A stretch of DNA of 64,000 nucleotides from NCBI GenBank assembly GCA_025786725.1, contig JAHLTZ010000065.1:2624-66623 (forward strand), written 5' to 3'. A program made the position numbers and the translations under genes. Shown here piece after piece: positions 38,291 through 53,400 of this stretch. This DNA comes from Syncephalis fuscata S228. Its lineage: Eukaryota > Fungi > Zoopagomycota. The notes below the pieces were generated by a model. It saw nothing but the letters and a program-made list of their open reading frames with translations, was not told the DNA's origin and searched no databases. Within the stretch, counting starts at the first letter, position 1. Each line of letters opens with the position of its first letter.

Positions 38291-39197
38291 ATTTGCTACA
38301 CGTTGTAAATTAAGTTATTACGACAATCAATAGTACTAATAATAGTGAACCACTTAAATCAAGATTGGTGTGTGTGTGCGTAGCTGGTTGATGTTTTGCT
38401 TGGTGTCATATAAATAAGAAAACTTTGCATTTAGCTATTAAAAGTAAGAAAATTAACTAGAGTAAAAAAGTACAAACGAAAAAGACAATAGTGTTTAACT
38501 AAATGTCATGTGTTCAATTGCTCGGCTGTTATGAACAAATATCAACTAGCATGGGGAATTGGATTAACCGCCTAAACTAGCGAATTAAGATTAAGATATT
38601 GTGGAGCAATCAAGTAAACTAATATTTGTAGGCGCTTTTACATGACATGCGATAAATAAACACATGATCCTCGAATACCGGTATTGTCGTTTATGCAGCC
38701 ACATAACGGGATTCGTTTCAACCACTCCAATGACCTTTGTTTCATGCAGCAAATTCAACTAGATATCAGGCATTTGACCTTGTAGAGAATAGGCGGTCTG
38801 TTACATTGATTCAAATTAATAGTGGCTAGTCAATACTATAGGAGAAAACATACTATAATAGCTGCTAACGTAACATACAATATAGACACTGTACTACTTG
38901 AGTGACTCGTTTGTCCAAATCATTTGAGCACAAAATACCATTGTTATACAATAGTAAAGGTCGCTTTGAATGACGTACTCAGATACTTTTAGCATTGTTG
39001 CCAGTAGATGAGCATCAATGAATGATGCAAGTAACATGTATCATGCTGGTTTCACTGCATCCCTATATTACATGCTGCATGCGTAAAGCGGTTAAAACAC
39101 GCTGCACTACTGTTTTATGAATAATTCAGGTGATTGAAAATAGACATTTACTGAAAACTACAACTGTGTAATAGCTATATAATAACGGACACATAAT

Positions 39198-41071
39198 TTA
39201 TTGCACAGATGATGGTTTTAAATATGTAGATGGGTGTTTTAAACCCAGGGATTGTAGGAAATATTTGAAAATATTAGACAGCCTTATGGCATCACTGTCC
39301 TCTTCACTGGGCATACGGATGCCTACTATGTAGAGTAGAATCCCTGAACATACAGTGGACAGCAGACTATCTATAACCAATCGGGTAAAGTGGCTATAAA
39401 CTTCATAGTTCATTGCAGTATACCTGCCGATGATTTGGTTAATAAGCTCAAGTAGCATGACCGCAAAAGATGCAGCGGATATGTTGCTTAGCTGCATCAT
39501 CAATACCATTAAAAGTTAGAATAGATGTCATCTGTGCACAATAACACTAACCTTGGTCAGTGATTTAAACGAATCCTGGTTAATAATATACTCTTCTCGC
39601 ACATCATAAAAATATATTCCTATATTTAATATATAAATTAAATTATACTATGCGTGTTTTAACTCTCTTACCGTAATATAAGAATATTAACGCAATGCAT
39701 GATTGCAAAAACATTAAAATCTTAAAGGCTACTTCAATATAGGCCATTTCATATTTTGATTCAAAGAAGTGTAAAATAAATATAGCAACCACTATAATTG
39801 CTTGCATGGAAAAGACAACGTGCGATATAATCTTGAGTGCATTGGTTCGGCGTTCCATTTGAATAACTGCTTCTATTGAGGACCTGTAGAACAACTAAGT
39901 ATCACATGGAATTATAGGCATCTGTTTATAATCTTACCATACTGTCAATAATATGTAAAATGCCACATTAAAAGAAAATTTACTAATCAAAACGGCAAGT
40001 TCTCGTATAAAACTTCTTTGTTCTGCCATGGAATGCACGATTATACCTAGAAATAAGTTAGCATTTTAGCCATGCATTCATTAGTTCGTTTATACTTACA
40101 AATGACATATAAAATGGCGATAGTAAATAGAAATGTGCGTATATTTAGCCGGACTTTGCCATACAATACAGTAACAGCAAAATCAAATAATGCTTTAAAG
40201 ATAAAACATACGTTGAACACAGCAAATGTCCAAATAAATATTTGATATTTTGTTGAAAAAATAAGATCATTCCATGGTCCTGCCTCTATAATATACATAT
40301 GCTTATGTGTTAGTACTTATATATACCCATACCCATACCATTAAAGGGAAAAACAAAACTAAATATATTTTACCTTGGATAACCGTTAATATGGGTAGTT
40401 TGTCTGTTACATCTAACCATTCTAGCAATACGTTACGTCCGGAAAGTGGCAATAATGAAATGCGTATTTTGCGGTTTTCAGGCGGTAGTGGGATAGTATT
40501 GGATGCATATGGTACTGAATACGGGCCACCTGGATCACCGGTAATATTATTGCGTAACAAATAGAGCGATGCTTGTATAGGTGCTGCCACGTTTGTGTTG
40601 TACCACTCGCTATATTCAGCAATAGCATGAGCCGTCTACATCCATATCCATATAAAAATTAACAACACAGACTAACGTGCACTTGTTCATTATATCTTAC
40701 ATGGCCCACTGTTTTGCATTTCGCTTCTTTACTTTCAAGTTGATCCACTACTAGAATAGAGGCTGAAATATTATAAATAGACAAGTTACGTATATTATTG
40801 GAAATGACTGATAAATCCTCAACAAAGCTACATGAGCTATGTTTATCAAATTTGGGCTTTAAATTAGACCAGTAACATTGTAGGGCTTCATTTGAACATT
40901 AAATGGATCATACGAATTATAGTAATGTGTATGATTGGAATGAGTAAAGCTAATCAATCCATCAATTGATTGAATTAGAAATATTAAAATAAACAATATG
41001 CTATAATGCCTAGTAGTAGTAGTAGTTGTTGTTGTTGTTGTGATATTGATGATGGTGGGTAATCGAACCAT
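39198..41071 (-). CDS. Multi-pass membrane protein paralog 3
   Basis: YNSYDPFN, GDPGGPY, GPWNDLIFSTKYQIFIW, VGIRMP; similar exon layout to paralogs. Confidence 0.7.
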
Positions 41072-41520
41072 GCTGTGCAATGAATGTAATGTTGTTTTTA
41101 ATCGATCATCGATCAACGACGACGAATACAAGAATGCAAAAATGGAAAAATAGCAAACAATGTAAATGTTTAAACAGTGCTTTATTTAAAAGGTAGTGGC
41201 ACTCAACGCGTGTGTGCATGTGTGTATATACGGAGTAATACTGAGAAACAATTATTTCCATTTTGCATCACTATGTTTAGAATAACTTGAATCTACACAA
41301 GCAACAAGTTTAGTAGATTGACCCTTTAGTACTGGTTTTTAAAACATCTATTTTTTACTTGTCATTGTTTTAAAAATAATTTTCTATTAGAAGCTTACTA
41401 TCAAACAACGTTTAGCTATTATATTTGAATAATTAACCGTTATTTTAATGATTGCTGTATACATTAATAGCTGATTTTTATAATTTAATCATTGTTTTAT
41501 TTACTTTTCTAAAAGCAAAA

Positions 41521-44500
41521 CTAGTCTATGTGCTTTTCAGATGGCGTAGTTAGTGTCTCCCATGAACGTAGTTGCCATGCGTCAGGCTCAACTAGACCGA
41601 GTAGAGGCGGTATCTGCTCGTACCATTCAACTGGGACGCCACGAACACCTTGTTTTACGTTATGCGGCAATTCATCCCAATCTGGCTGATTGCCCGCGGG
41701 AAAGATAACCGTATCAACACCGCTACGTTTCGCGGCAATGGTCTTCTCCTTAAGGCCACCAATCTTCAACACCTTACCGGTAAGTGTTAGTTCACCGGTC
41801 ATAGCAATGGTGGGCGGCAGTGGCTTATCCAGTGCTAGTGATAGCAGCGAAGAAGCCATAGTAATACCCGCCGATGGACCTACAAAACAAATAAACTACT
41901 TAGTATACCACGCTACTCAATAGCAATTCTACTGCTTACCATCTTTGGGTGTTGCACCTTCGGGTACGTGTAAATGAATTGATGCCCGTTCAAAAAAGTT
42001 ATTTTCTGGAAAACGGCGAATCATTAAATTCTTTACGAATGTATAAGCAATAGTACTGGATTCGCGCATCACATCGCCCATCTGTCCTGTCTTGGCCAGT
42101 CCAGGCTTATTATCGAGCGCGGTCAGTGCTGTCTCCAGGACCGATTCAATATAGAGCACCGAACCACCCATACTTGTCCAAGCTAGACCCATAACGACAC
42201 CAGGCGGTGTTTTATCATACAGTCGATCTGATGTAAATAATGGCGGTCCTACGTAATCTTTAATATTGTCACTTGTAATTCTTTGGTGCACGGAACTCGG
42301 TACGGCCATCGGTGCCGATTTAGTCGTCTCTTTGCCACTTCCTTTCGCTGTTTCTTCAGATGAAGGTAGCTCGACGCTGTGATCTTTAACAATCTGCAGT
42401 GCTGCTTTGCGGTATACTTTCTCAATGTGCTTTTTAAGATTACGTACACCACTTTCACGACAATAGGCTCTAATAAGTGTATCGATTGCATCGGGTGTCA
42501 ATTCAACATCGACATTAGCTAGACCGGCCGATTCACGCGCCACTGGTGCCAAATACTTTTCCGCAATGGCTGCCTTCTCTTGGGCAATATAGCCAGACAA
42601 TTGAATTACCTCCATACGATCGAGTAATGGACCAGGAATAGTATCAAGTACATTGGCGGTACAAACGAATAGCACGCGTGATAAATCAATAGGTACATCC
42701 ATATAATGATCCATAAAAGCGTCATTCTGTTCAGGATCTAGCATTTCCAGCAGTGCCGATGCCGGATCGCCTTGATGTCCTCTACCAATTTTATCCACTA
42801 TAAATCACCAATTAACATTTATATATATATATTAATATCTGTCTTTACCTTCATCAATTAAAATTAACGGATTTTCTGTCTGTACTTTCTTAAGTGCTTG
42901 TACTGCTTTGCCGGGCATAGCACCAACATAAGTACGCCTGTGACCTTTAATCTCGGCCACATCAGTAAGACCACCAACGCTAAATCGATAAAACTCGCGT
43001 GATAGTGCCCGTGCCACCGATTTACCAATTGACGTCTTACCCACACCAGGTGGACCAACCAAACAAAGTATTTTGCCTTGTACAGTACCACGTAACTTGC
43101 CAACCGCAATAAATTCCAAAATACGATCTTTCACATCCTTTAATCCATAATGATCCTCGTCGAGCACTTGTACTGCATGCGGTATAGAAAAGTTCTCTGG
43201 ATTACGCTGTCCCCATGGCACTTGAGTAATCCAATCAAGGTAGTTACGCGTCACATTAAATTCAGAGGACACTGGTTCTAGTTGAGCCAGTTTGGCCATT
43301 TCTTCATCAAATACTTTACTGACAGCTTCGGGCATCGCCAATTTACTCGCCCGCTCACGGAATCCTTCCAGCAATTTATCCTTGCCATCCGACTCGAGTC
43401 CCAATTCCTTTTTGATGCCTTTAAGCTGTTCCATTAAATAGTATTCACGTTGTCGTTTCTGTATCTTCTGTTCAACTTCCTTGCTGATTTTACTTTGCAG
43501 TTGCGCATTAAGTAGTTCCTTCTTCAGCACCGTTAACGACTTTTCCATACGCGATTCAATCACTGGACTTTCTAGAATAGATTGCAACTCGGCCGGCTCA
43601 CCCGCTGATACCGCCGCCGCAAAATCTGCCAATCTGCCTGGCTCTTCAAATATATTGGCCGCAGATTGTGACATACTAAAACTAGCAATCTGATCTCTAA
43701 ATAGCGGATTGAGTGTAGCAATATCTTTAAATACTGTCACAATCTCTGATGTAATGGCCCGTATTACTGGATTACGTCGATTATATGGTTCATCGTGTAT
43801 ATTCATCACATTAGCCACTGTCACATCATAATCACGTAATAGAATATCTGGTGAAAATGGATGCGGTGTTGTACCTTCTCCTTCTCCTTCTCCTCCTTCT
43901 TCCTTTTTAACTTCAGATACCATTAATTCATCATTGGTTGTTGTTGTTGTATCATCTGCTTTAATAGTCGCAGTGGGTATCAATTCTCCTTCTCCTTCAG
44001 TCACTATAGGTGTTGACTTTTTAACATCTTTATCTAAATTAAAATGTGACTGATTCAATTCAGTAATACGAATACGTCGATGTGGATAAATCACCATCGT
44101 CATAGCATCGTCATCTTCAGTACTACTACCACTTCCATCCGAGTCTTCATTCTTATGTTCAGTTGAACTACCACCAGTACTACTCGTTGAAGGGGGCATT
44201 AGACTAGTAATTTGAGCAAATACACCCACTCTATGGATCTGATTAATATCGGTCACTACATCCACATCTGCTTCATCTTCACGAAGTAGAAATGCCCCAA
44301 TATATGGCTGTCCCCGTTGCATCAATTCCTTTACCGCTGCCTGTACCGCTTTATTACGAATCACTACAGCTTTATAGAATCCAGGAAATAGTGGTCGACC
44401 TGTGACGGGCAGTGCCAATACACGTGGATATTCTTCTGGTACCGTTGGACGGCGTAGCGTAGTTTCCAATACATCAACCACGCGTTGAAGTGACTCTACT

Positions 44501-44901
44501 GGTGAATCGTCATCACTTTTACCGCCTTTCTTTCCACTATTATCGCCATCATTATTGCCATTCTCTCCTGAAGAAGGCGGTGCCGAAGAAGAAGAAGAAG
44601 AGCCAGCAGGTGGCTTATCGTCGGAATCGTCTTTATTCTTGGCCCAGTAATCTGGTCGATTAATTGCTGCATTGGCATTGAGGGCAAGTATATCTTGCGG
44701 TATCAACGAGTGAGGTATTGTAGTTATGCCGCGTATTGAAGGTGCAAGACTGGCTGGTCGACGGGTCATCGTCGCTATCCTATTTAGATCATTATAATGT
44801 TTATAGGTATAACGAAATGTGGACTGGTTAAAAGATCGCCTATAGATCTGACCTGTTTGTAATAGTCGCTCTCGCGATCTATACAGTGCTCGAGTAATCA
44901 T
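41521..44901 (-). CDS. PIM1: Mitochondrial Lon ATP-dependent protease
   Basis: [11 protein letters not shown] Lon-N; Walker A GPPGVGKT; LIDE/MDK; [16 protein letters not shown]; PKDGPSAG catalytic Ser; [19 protein letters not shown]; Arg-rich presequence; two short introns. Confidence 0.96.
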
Positions 44902-45262
44902 ACTAATGGGCCCGATGCCTTGTAACCATACAAGTGGCGTAATACCAGTACAAAGATAGTCGATGGAATCAAGGTAATAATTGCGCGAAAGGGTGAAAGT
45001 CAAATAAAAGAATACGGCTTGAATATGACGACATAATTCGGGAAAGTTAAATCAATGGATATTCCAAATTAAGTAACTATAATTAATATTAATTAATTAA
45101 TTAAATAATTTGTTATAAGTAATGTGTATTTTATTCTACCCATAACACACTGATTAAATAAAAGATAGAAATGATTCAACAAAAGTGATGGGGTTTATTT
45201 AATGCACTGTTAATTGTATGTGTATAATAATAATAATAAAAAGTAATGGTATGGTAATAGTA

Positions 45263-48200
45263 TTAGAAAACATTGACTAGGTTGTGCATTAACTGTTCAA
45301 GACGCTAAAGTAATAATAATCAGTCATTAGTCATTATATCTATCTATCTATCTAATACTCATTCGACTTACCTGGTCGAGTGATGACAGTGTATCGGCAT
45401 TACGTGCAAATAGATTGGCTACACGTCGACCTGCATTCTCGGCTTGAACTTGTGTGCGTTCATCAGCAGTGGCTGGATGAGTTAATCTTAGTAAATCGGC
45501 AAATCCACCGGTACCAAAGAGTGCATTCTCCGCCAATGATGGCAATACCGGTGATCCAGCAGCCGGTGTCGTATGCGCTGTACTAATCGATCGGGTCGAT
45601 GATAAGTAACTATCGGCTGAATCAGCTCTATCTGCCACCATTGTAGCCGCTACAGCTGCAGACACTGCTGTTGCTGTTGCTGTTGTAGCAATGTTGGCCG
45701 TATTAATAGTAGTAGGTGTGGTCGGCGAAGTAGCACCATCGATACTACTTACACCACCAATACCACTAATACCACTAATAGATGGTGGCCCTCCTCTACT
45801 AGGGAAGGGATCGGTGAAACTGCGTTCTCTAGATACTATCACGGTGGGCGAACTACTACCAGAGGGGGCAGTTGTGGTGATAGTGGCCTTGACTAGCACT
45901 AGAGGCTCTACGGGCGGCCATTAAAGCAGCCGGTGGTGGTGCAGTAGGTGGGGCAATACCACCAAATACATTTCTCACTGCCGATGATACATCAGGTCGC
46001 CGTCCACCGGCCAATTGAGAAGTACGACGTGATACGATACCATCATCAGAAGTAGAGATGGCCAATTTAGGTGATCCAAGGGCAATAGCATCATTAATAG
46101 ATAGGCTAACTCTTTTACTATTGCCACTGCTACCACTGCCCCCATCATCACTGGCAAAACTAAGTCGCTTTACTTGGGCATAAGCCCTTTGTGTATCCGG
46201 ATCAGAGCCAATAGAGTCACGACAGGATGAATACCGATCACTGCCTGTATCCGATCCAATAACCCAGCTATCAACTCTAGGTGTTGTTTTACGTGCTGTA
46301 CGGGTCTGTGTTGCATCATCGTCTGAATAGTCGGCTGGTTGATCAAATGTCTCTTCGTCATATTGATCATATTGATCATACAAATCCATCATATCAACAT
46401 CATCAGGATTATTAGAAATGCGTCGTTGTATCGGTTTAGTAATAGTAATATTTTGTTGTTGTTATTATTGTTATTGCCGTCATTGTTGTTATTAGTGGCT
46501 TGTAAACTTGTTCGTTTACCTTGTATACTCGTTCGTTTACCACCGGCACTTAATCGCTTTTCACTCTTGGGTGTAATAGGTGGCGGTGCTTGTGATATCG
46601 AAGATCGACGGCTATTACTGGCTGAATTGGGCAGACCAGTACCATTAACTGTAATCTGTGGTACATTCACTGATACTGTATCTGTACCAGTAGTAGTAAC
46701 ACTATTATTACTATTCTGTGGTGATAAAGCAACACCGAAACGATACGTATAAACACCACTGCCTCCTCTTAATACAAAAAGGCATTCTCTTCCCGTCCTG
46801 TATTACATCCATCACACAAGTATTCGGGGGCATTGGCTCATCTGTTATAACACATCATTAATACCAATAACACTAGTATAGTCTATCGCTTACTTTGATG
46901 ATTGTGGGATAGTATGACGTGGAAATTACCCGTATCTTGTAAAGAGAATTGCTGTTGCGCTAGATTGGCCAAATCAGCTATAGTAGAGGCCGTCTCTACA
47001 CCAATGACTTCAAATATCTCTCGTGATCGATCGTCTTCATTGGCTAGTGCAACACCACCATGTTCATTATTAATAACATGGGCCACTACTTTAACAAATA
47101 TTGCTTCAGATACAGTACGTGGTGTATCGGCCGCAGGTGTGGTTGGGTGTCGATGTAAGTAGAATCTAAATATATCATCATGACCTGTATGATCGTGTAC
47201 ATCCTGTTCCGTCAATCCCATTTGATGTATAATGCCACTAATAGATGCTGTAGATGATCTCATACCACCACCACTTAATCGTTTAACAGTAGCAAGTGAC
47301 TGAGATCTAACAAGTTGAAGTACAGCAATTGGATGATCCTCGTCATTCAATCGATAATCACCTAAATAGATATTAGTATCCATTGTATGATTAATTGGTT
47401 AGTTATTGGTTAATAGACCTACCCGATCCTTGGGTGACAATACTGATGTAGTAGTCACTATATTGTTGATCCTCTAGTTTGAATCGACGTACTGCCTGTC
47501 GTACCATGGCGGCTGCGGTGGTCTTGTCAGTGACAACAACATTCTTATAGGGGGGTGCTAGAGGTAGATTGCCGGCAAACACACGTAATACACACGCTGA
47601 TGGATATTCAGCCATTTGTGGTGATAATGCATCAACATAGTCACCATAGGGATCAAATGACGCATTACTGTCTAGTTCAGATTCTGTCCAGGAAAGCGGT
47701 GTTGATACTTGTTCATCATCGTTATTTGGATCATAACTGCCACTCATTTGATCCTTTAATGAATCATCAGAGACACGTTTATTACGACGTGACCAATCTC
47801 GTCGTTTAAGTCCCTTCTCTTCTTGTTCATTCTGTCCAGCCATTGTATCTTCATCGCCACTCAACAATACCTCTTCATTCTCTGGATCTTCTTCACCTGT
47901 TTCCAGTGGATCTGAACTGTAAATCTCTAGTTCATCTTCACTATCGGCATCTTTAATAAATTCAGTAACTTGGGCCAGTTGCGCATTAAACTTAACGCTT
48001 AAGCCACGAGGGGCCCGTCCACGCCGACCACCACCGGCAGCTGATGGATGCGAGTCATCTTTACTAGGCAGTAGTAGTTTGACATTACGGCTACGATTGA
48101 GACGCGATAGTCGTTCATAAGGTGTTTCTATATTCTCGGCTGGTATATAGCCTACTGCGCCATCATCCTCTGTACGGACTAGCCACCAATACGTATTACT

Positions 48201-48791
48201 GTCATCAAGTAGCTGCAACCGTGTATCACGCCGTACAGTTAACTGTCCTTCTTGGGTGGCATCAAATCGATAGAGGGCATACACATGATCGAAGCTAATA
48301 TCTTCATCCGGTGTCTTGGGTGTAGATAGACCGGATTCTTCTCCAGAGTCATCAAAGTCCTCTGCCAAATCACCTTCTTCATCGTATAATTCCATATCAT
48401 CCTCTTCTGATGGATATGATTCATCCATATCAGAATGATCATTGTAAGCATGTCTACTGCTATCGTCGGTGTCATCGGCATAATAGGCCTGATGTACACC
48501 AGTATCCTCTAGTTCATAGTAGCCTTGATCCATGGTGGGTGTATTAAGGCCGTCATCCTCGATATTGCTATTATGATTTGTATAGGCCGTATGCGATTGT
48601 GATTGCACGTCAAGTGTTTGAATAGAGACCCGTGCAGGCTGTATAGTCACTTGATTGACTGATTGTTGCATATTATGCTCTCGTTCAAGTTGTTGTTGAC
48701 GGACAACGCGTGCATTCTCTTTGGCGGGTCGTTTGCGTGATGCAGACGCTGCCGCCGTATCAATAGTCAGATTGGGCCGACGAGCCATCAT
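45263..48791 (-). CDS. SH3 and Ras-association-like domain protein (Bud14/Tea4-like polarity factor)
   Basis: SH3 DISFDHVYALYRFDATQEGQL...LLDDSNTYWWLVR...GYIPAENIETPYERLSRLNRSRNV; RA-like VLRVFAGNL..YKNVVV...AVRRFKL; SVKF PP1-docking-like motif; frame breaks in the 3' half. Confidence 0.75.
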
Positions 48792-49375
48792 TGTGCACCA
48801 ACACTATTACAACTATGACGACAATTCACCCTAACAATCCACTGGCCCGTAAAACTATGTATAGATAGGTGTATATATGTATATATGTATATATATATAA
48901 AAAGTAGTAGCTATCAGGCGTGGTACAAGTAACTAGGTGGTAATAGTGAATAGTGTAAAGTATTGAAAGAGATGAAGCGGTAGTTGAATAAAATGTCAAG
49001 GCAAAATTGAAACACACACATGTACAGTAACAAAACGGTAACACATGCACGGATAAGTAACAGAAACAAGTACAGCAATGGATCTGTGTTGTTAAAGGCC
49101 ACTTTGTCCTTATAAGACTTGTCTGTCTGTCTGTCTGTGTGTATGTGTGATATGTAACAGATAATAAAAATTTTAATGAAGAAACAAAGGTGGCATCAAA
49201 AGTCACACCCGTGCTTTCAAGGAATGAGAAATAGGAATCGATAAATAGTATTGCAAAGTCCGCTGCCATGCCACATAAAGTATATTTATGCTAAATAGAC
49301 TACAGTACCATTTAAAGGAGTACACTAACATTCAATTCCATTTATTTAATAAATATACAAATAGATTGTTTATAT

Positions 49376-50238
49376 TTAAGCGTTCATAATGGCTTGGCTT
49401 GTTTTCCATAGACGATAGATTCTTAAATGGTCTTGTATTTTCTCTTCTATGACTAACTCAACGGCAGTCAGTGCTGCCCATCGTTCAGCACATCGTCGTA
49501 TCGATGCTGCATCCTCCCAATTAATAAAATATATATCATTGCCACTATTGTTGTTGTTGTTGTTCTTGGCTGTTACTGGTGATTTAGTAGATGAAACTTG
49601 CCTATACGGTACAACTGGTGACAATAGTTGTTGTTGCCATCGATGTTCATGCATGTAACCATTCACAATATTGTTTATCCACTTACGTGCCACCTTGGGC
49701 CGTACACTAACAATACCTACCAGTTCCCTCTCCTCTTCTTCCACTATTACTTTCTCCTTCTGCTTGCCTATTTTGCCCCCTAATTGACCTGATCGTTGTG
49801 GCGGTGGTTGAGGTGGTGTGTTGCACCACTAATATTGCCATTACTACTGATGTGCTCTGTAGCTACGATGGACCAATTTTGAGTATTGATTTGAATTTGT
49901 TGCATAGTAGCAATTTGTTGGCTTTGTTGTCGTCCAATACGGCGCAATTCACTAATTGTTTGTTCCAATTCAATCATTTGGCGACCTACAAGTGTTTCTA
50001 GCGTATTGATCTGATCAAGTAGTAAAGATTGAGCAGTGTCTATGCTACTGCTAGTTTGAGCTAATAAGGTATTTTGGGACGTGTACCCAGTGTTGTTGTT
50101 GTTGTTTGTTGACAAGCGGTTCTAGTAATATAAAGTTGTTCGGCTATATTAGCTGCAGCGTTTAAACAGGCTATAGATCGTTGGTGATCGCGGGCATAAG
50201 CATCACACTGACCTAGTAAATGAGCCAGTTGTTGCATC
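49376..50238 (-). CDS. Hypothetical protein (fragmented ORFs, coiled-coil-like)
   Basis: Consecutive same-strand ORFs with coding-like composition; boundaries uncertain. Confidence 0.4.
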
Positions 50239-50673
50239 ACAATACTACTGTTGGTGTCATTGTGTTTACCGTGTTTAAAGAAAGAAAGAAAAAAATAGTG
50301 TTAATTATTGCCTATAAATACTTACGTGATTATCTATTATACAGTGTATATATGTATGTACGCCTTTGATATATATAATCAAAATACTAGGCCAATGGAA
50401 ATAAGTCTATTTATTAATTACTTACTTTAATAGACACATATTAATTGTTCAAATGCCATTTATATAGTCAGATTGATTATAAAAAAGTTATTGTTTAATA
50501 AGCGACTTTTATAATAATTATATTAAATTTATTTTTATTTTATTCATTTATTCTATTAAACCAAATATTCAATCTATTGAACATAAGGACAAGTGGCAAG
50601 TTTATTAATCATTACATCGTTACATTATAGTATGATTTGAAGTCAAATGACTAACATCTAATAACATCCAATC

Positions 50674-50867
50674 TATTGAACATAATGATGGGTAGTGAGT
50701 AACATCAATCATCAAATACTCAGCATCATAGATTATTATCCAGTATGCATATATCCACCATTTACTTATATCATTCTATGATATACTAGACACATTCTAT
50801 TGTTTATATGTTTCAACACACTTCACTCAGTCTACTTGTTGTGTTATATGCACCATAACTTTAACAT
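50674..50867. repeat. ~190-bp dispersed direct repeat (partner ~53222-53400)
   Basis: Shared TATTGAACAT.ATGATGGG...TATATCATTCTATGATATACTAGACACATTCTATTGTTTATATGTTTCAACACACTTCACTCAGTCTACT. Confidence 0.85.
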
Positions 50868-53221
50868 TGTTTTATATGCCTTCTCACCGTGCATTTATTA
50901 GTTTATATGTCATTTTATACTCGTCCATCCATGCTCTATCCAAAACTATTTTCATTTTTGTTCTAGCGTTATTATTAACAACTGTCAACTAATGTCGCTC
51001 ATTGATCATGCATATATGCTCAGTAACTATACCACTGCTGTCCATACTTTTTACTTTGTATATTCGTTTTATTATCCAGTAAATACGCGCTAGCTATTAC
51101 CGTTGTCTGTTTGGTTCTAGCACCATTATTAGAAAAGTTCACGCAAGTTGCTTATCTGCTCATGCATATATGCTCGATAGCTTTAACAAAGCTAGTTGCC
51201 TTTTTAATTAGCATAGCTGATAGCTGTTATGCTATTTTACCGTACAGTTACTATGCGCTATCAATAACTACTGCCAGCTTGACGCCAGCTTTAATATTGA
51301 CAAGTTTGACTTGTTTCGCTTAGTCATTCCTTCCCAAGGCGCACTATAGCTTTAATGCTGCTATTCATACAATTACTTTTGGTATTTATTTGCTCCATAT
51401 TATTGTATGCTTAATGGCTATGCTTTATTTGCAGAAGCTATACGTTCCTTGTTAGCTGTTTGTTTCAAAGTTTAGCTCTGAGCACTTCTTTTACTTATTA
51501 CACACAAACGCGCAAGTATAATAACCTTCTTACACTGCTAATGCTCTTTTTGCTGTTTTCCAGTGCTGATATGTTGCAATGGTATGAGACGAGCCAGTGA
51601 TGAACTGGTATAAGCTATTACACCAAATAAAGCTTGTTATTACAAAATAGATATTCACTATGGGTGTTGTGTATACGTGGTTTAAAAGTGTCGTATAGCT
51701 TATTGCAGAGTAATCATGTATTGTGCTATAGCTACTTGAGCATAAGGACAAAGTGTACGTATATTTACGATGTGGCCGTAGACAGTGCTGGTTACTCTAT
51801 TCGACGCAATTAAAAGCAATAATAAACTTGGCCAAAAATAATTTGCCCTAAGATCTTATTAGATGGATTGCATTAGTATTCAACATATAAGCCATTGGTA
51901 TTTACTGTAACTACAAGCTTGAAGCTGATCTCATTTAGCTGCTTTGAATGCTGCCTAGATGATCAGCATTGTTTAAAATAAAGCCATACTTGATATTGCC
52001 AAATAAACGGACTTACTATGTTATTTGTAAAGTTTAGCATATATCATTTTTACGCTTAATCGGTTAAGCCGTGTAATCTAGATTTAATCCACCAGCTTAT
52101 CGCGTTGTAAAAAGCTTGCCAATATTAATGTTCAGACAATATAATGACAGTAATAAAGACTCTTTTGCAATAAGTGTACAAGAAAATACACGGTTTAATA
52201 CATATTACACTAATAGTTACATGCACTGAAGATTCTATTGGAATGTTTGTAGCTGCTTATACGGAAGACTAAGAGCAATTGCGTAGTACATTGGTCATAG
52301 GCGGTTTTAGACGACTCATGTTTTATTACGACATTTTCCACAACTATCACAATACATAAGCTGGCTTTACCGCTCCTCCGAACCAACACTGCACCTTTAT
52401 CTTCTCTTTCTACTCTTTACCACTCGATATACGCTACACTCATTCGCTCTTACTGCCATTTGTTGTCCAATATGCTTTGCACTCGCTAGACGTCTAATGA
52501 TTACAAGATCACTGCTGGTTGCTGCTATATGTACTAAGGTCGGTAAACGGGCGTGGGAGGTGCGATGCAGTTGTGCCTTTTGGCTATGAAGCACTGGATA
52601 TGCAGTGTTCTAGAAGCTATATATCACGCAGTGTGTACTCCAGCATGCTGTAGAAGGCGCTTGTCTGCACATAGTTGATTGGTCTTTTGTATAGTAACAT
52701 TGGTACGCTTACCGTGTGTTTGTTTGCGAGGTTGCCTTGCTGAGTATCTGGCTGTTGAGGCGACATAAGGTTTGCGCTTGAAGATATCTGATATCTGATG
52801 GTGCAGAGCAAATGTTGTTTGGACAACCACTACTTATTGCGGTGTAGTCAAGCAGCAAACATCATTGGCACATATGGCTCATCTCGTTTACTGACCCTCT
52901 TCAATAGATATAGATTTAAGCGATATTTAGATTTGGCAAGAACAGGGCCACAATATGCTGTACAGTCATCCGGTTTGTACTAGTCTATCATTATTTATGT
53001 ATTTCTTTGTTTAAATAAATAAATGTAGCATTTCTTATTTATTAACATACTACTATTAGTTGCGTTCATATAAATACAGACATCTTCCCTTTAATAATAG
53101 TACTAGTTGTTTCTGCTATTGTTATTACACTGATAATAAACAACCTATTAATCATTGAATGTGCTTTGAAGGCAAACGATTAAATTTGATGCATCCATGC
53201 AGTTGAACTAAACAATTGCTT

Positions 53222-53400
53222 TATTGAACATGATGATGGGCGGTGAGTGATGTCAATTATCAAATACTCATCATCATAGATTTATTATCCAATACTATTA
53301 TATATCATTCTATGATATACTAGACACATTCTATTGTTTATATGTTTCAACACACTTCACTCAGTCTACTCGTTGTGTTATATGCACTATAACTTTGACA
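53222..53400. repeat. ~180-bp dispersed direct repeat (partner ~50674-50867)
   Basis: Direct comparison; includes a ~65-bp identical core. Confidence 0.85.

Noticed and set aside
44902-45003. N-terminal extension of Lon as given by the ORF track
   Set aside because: It begins at a non-ATG codon; the first ATG at 44901 gives a typical Arg-rich mitochondrial presequence.
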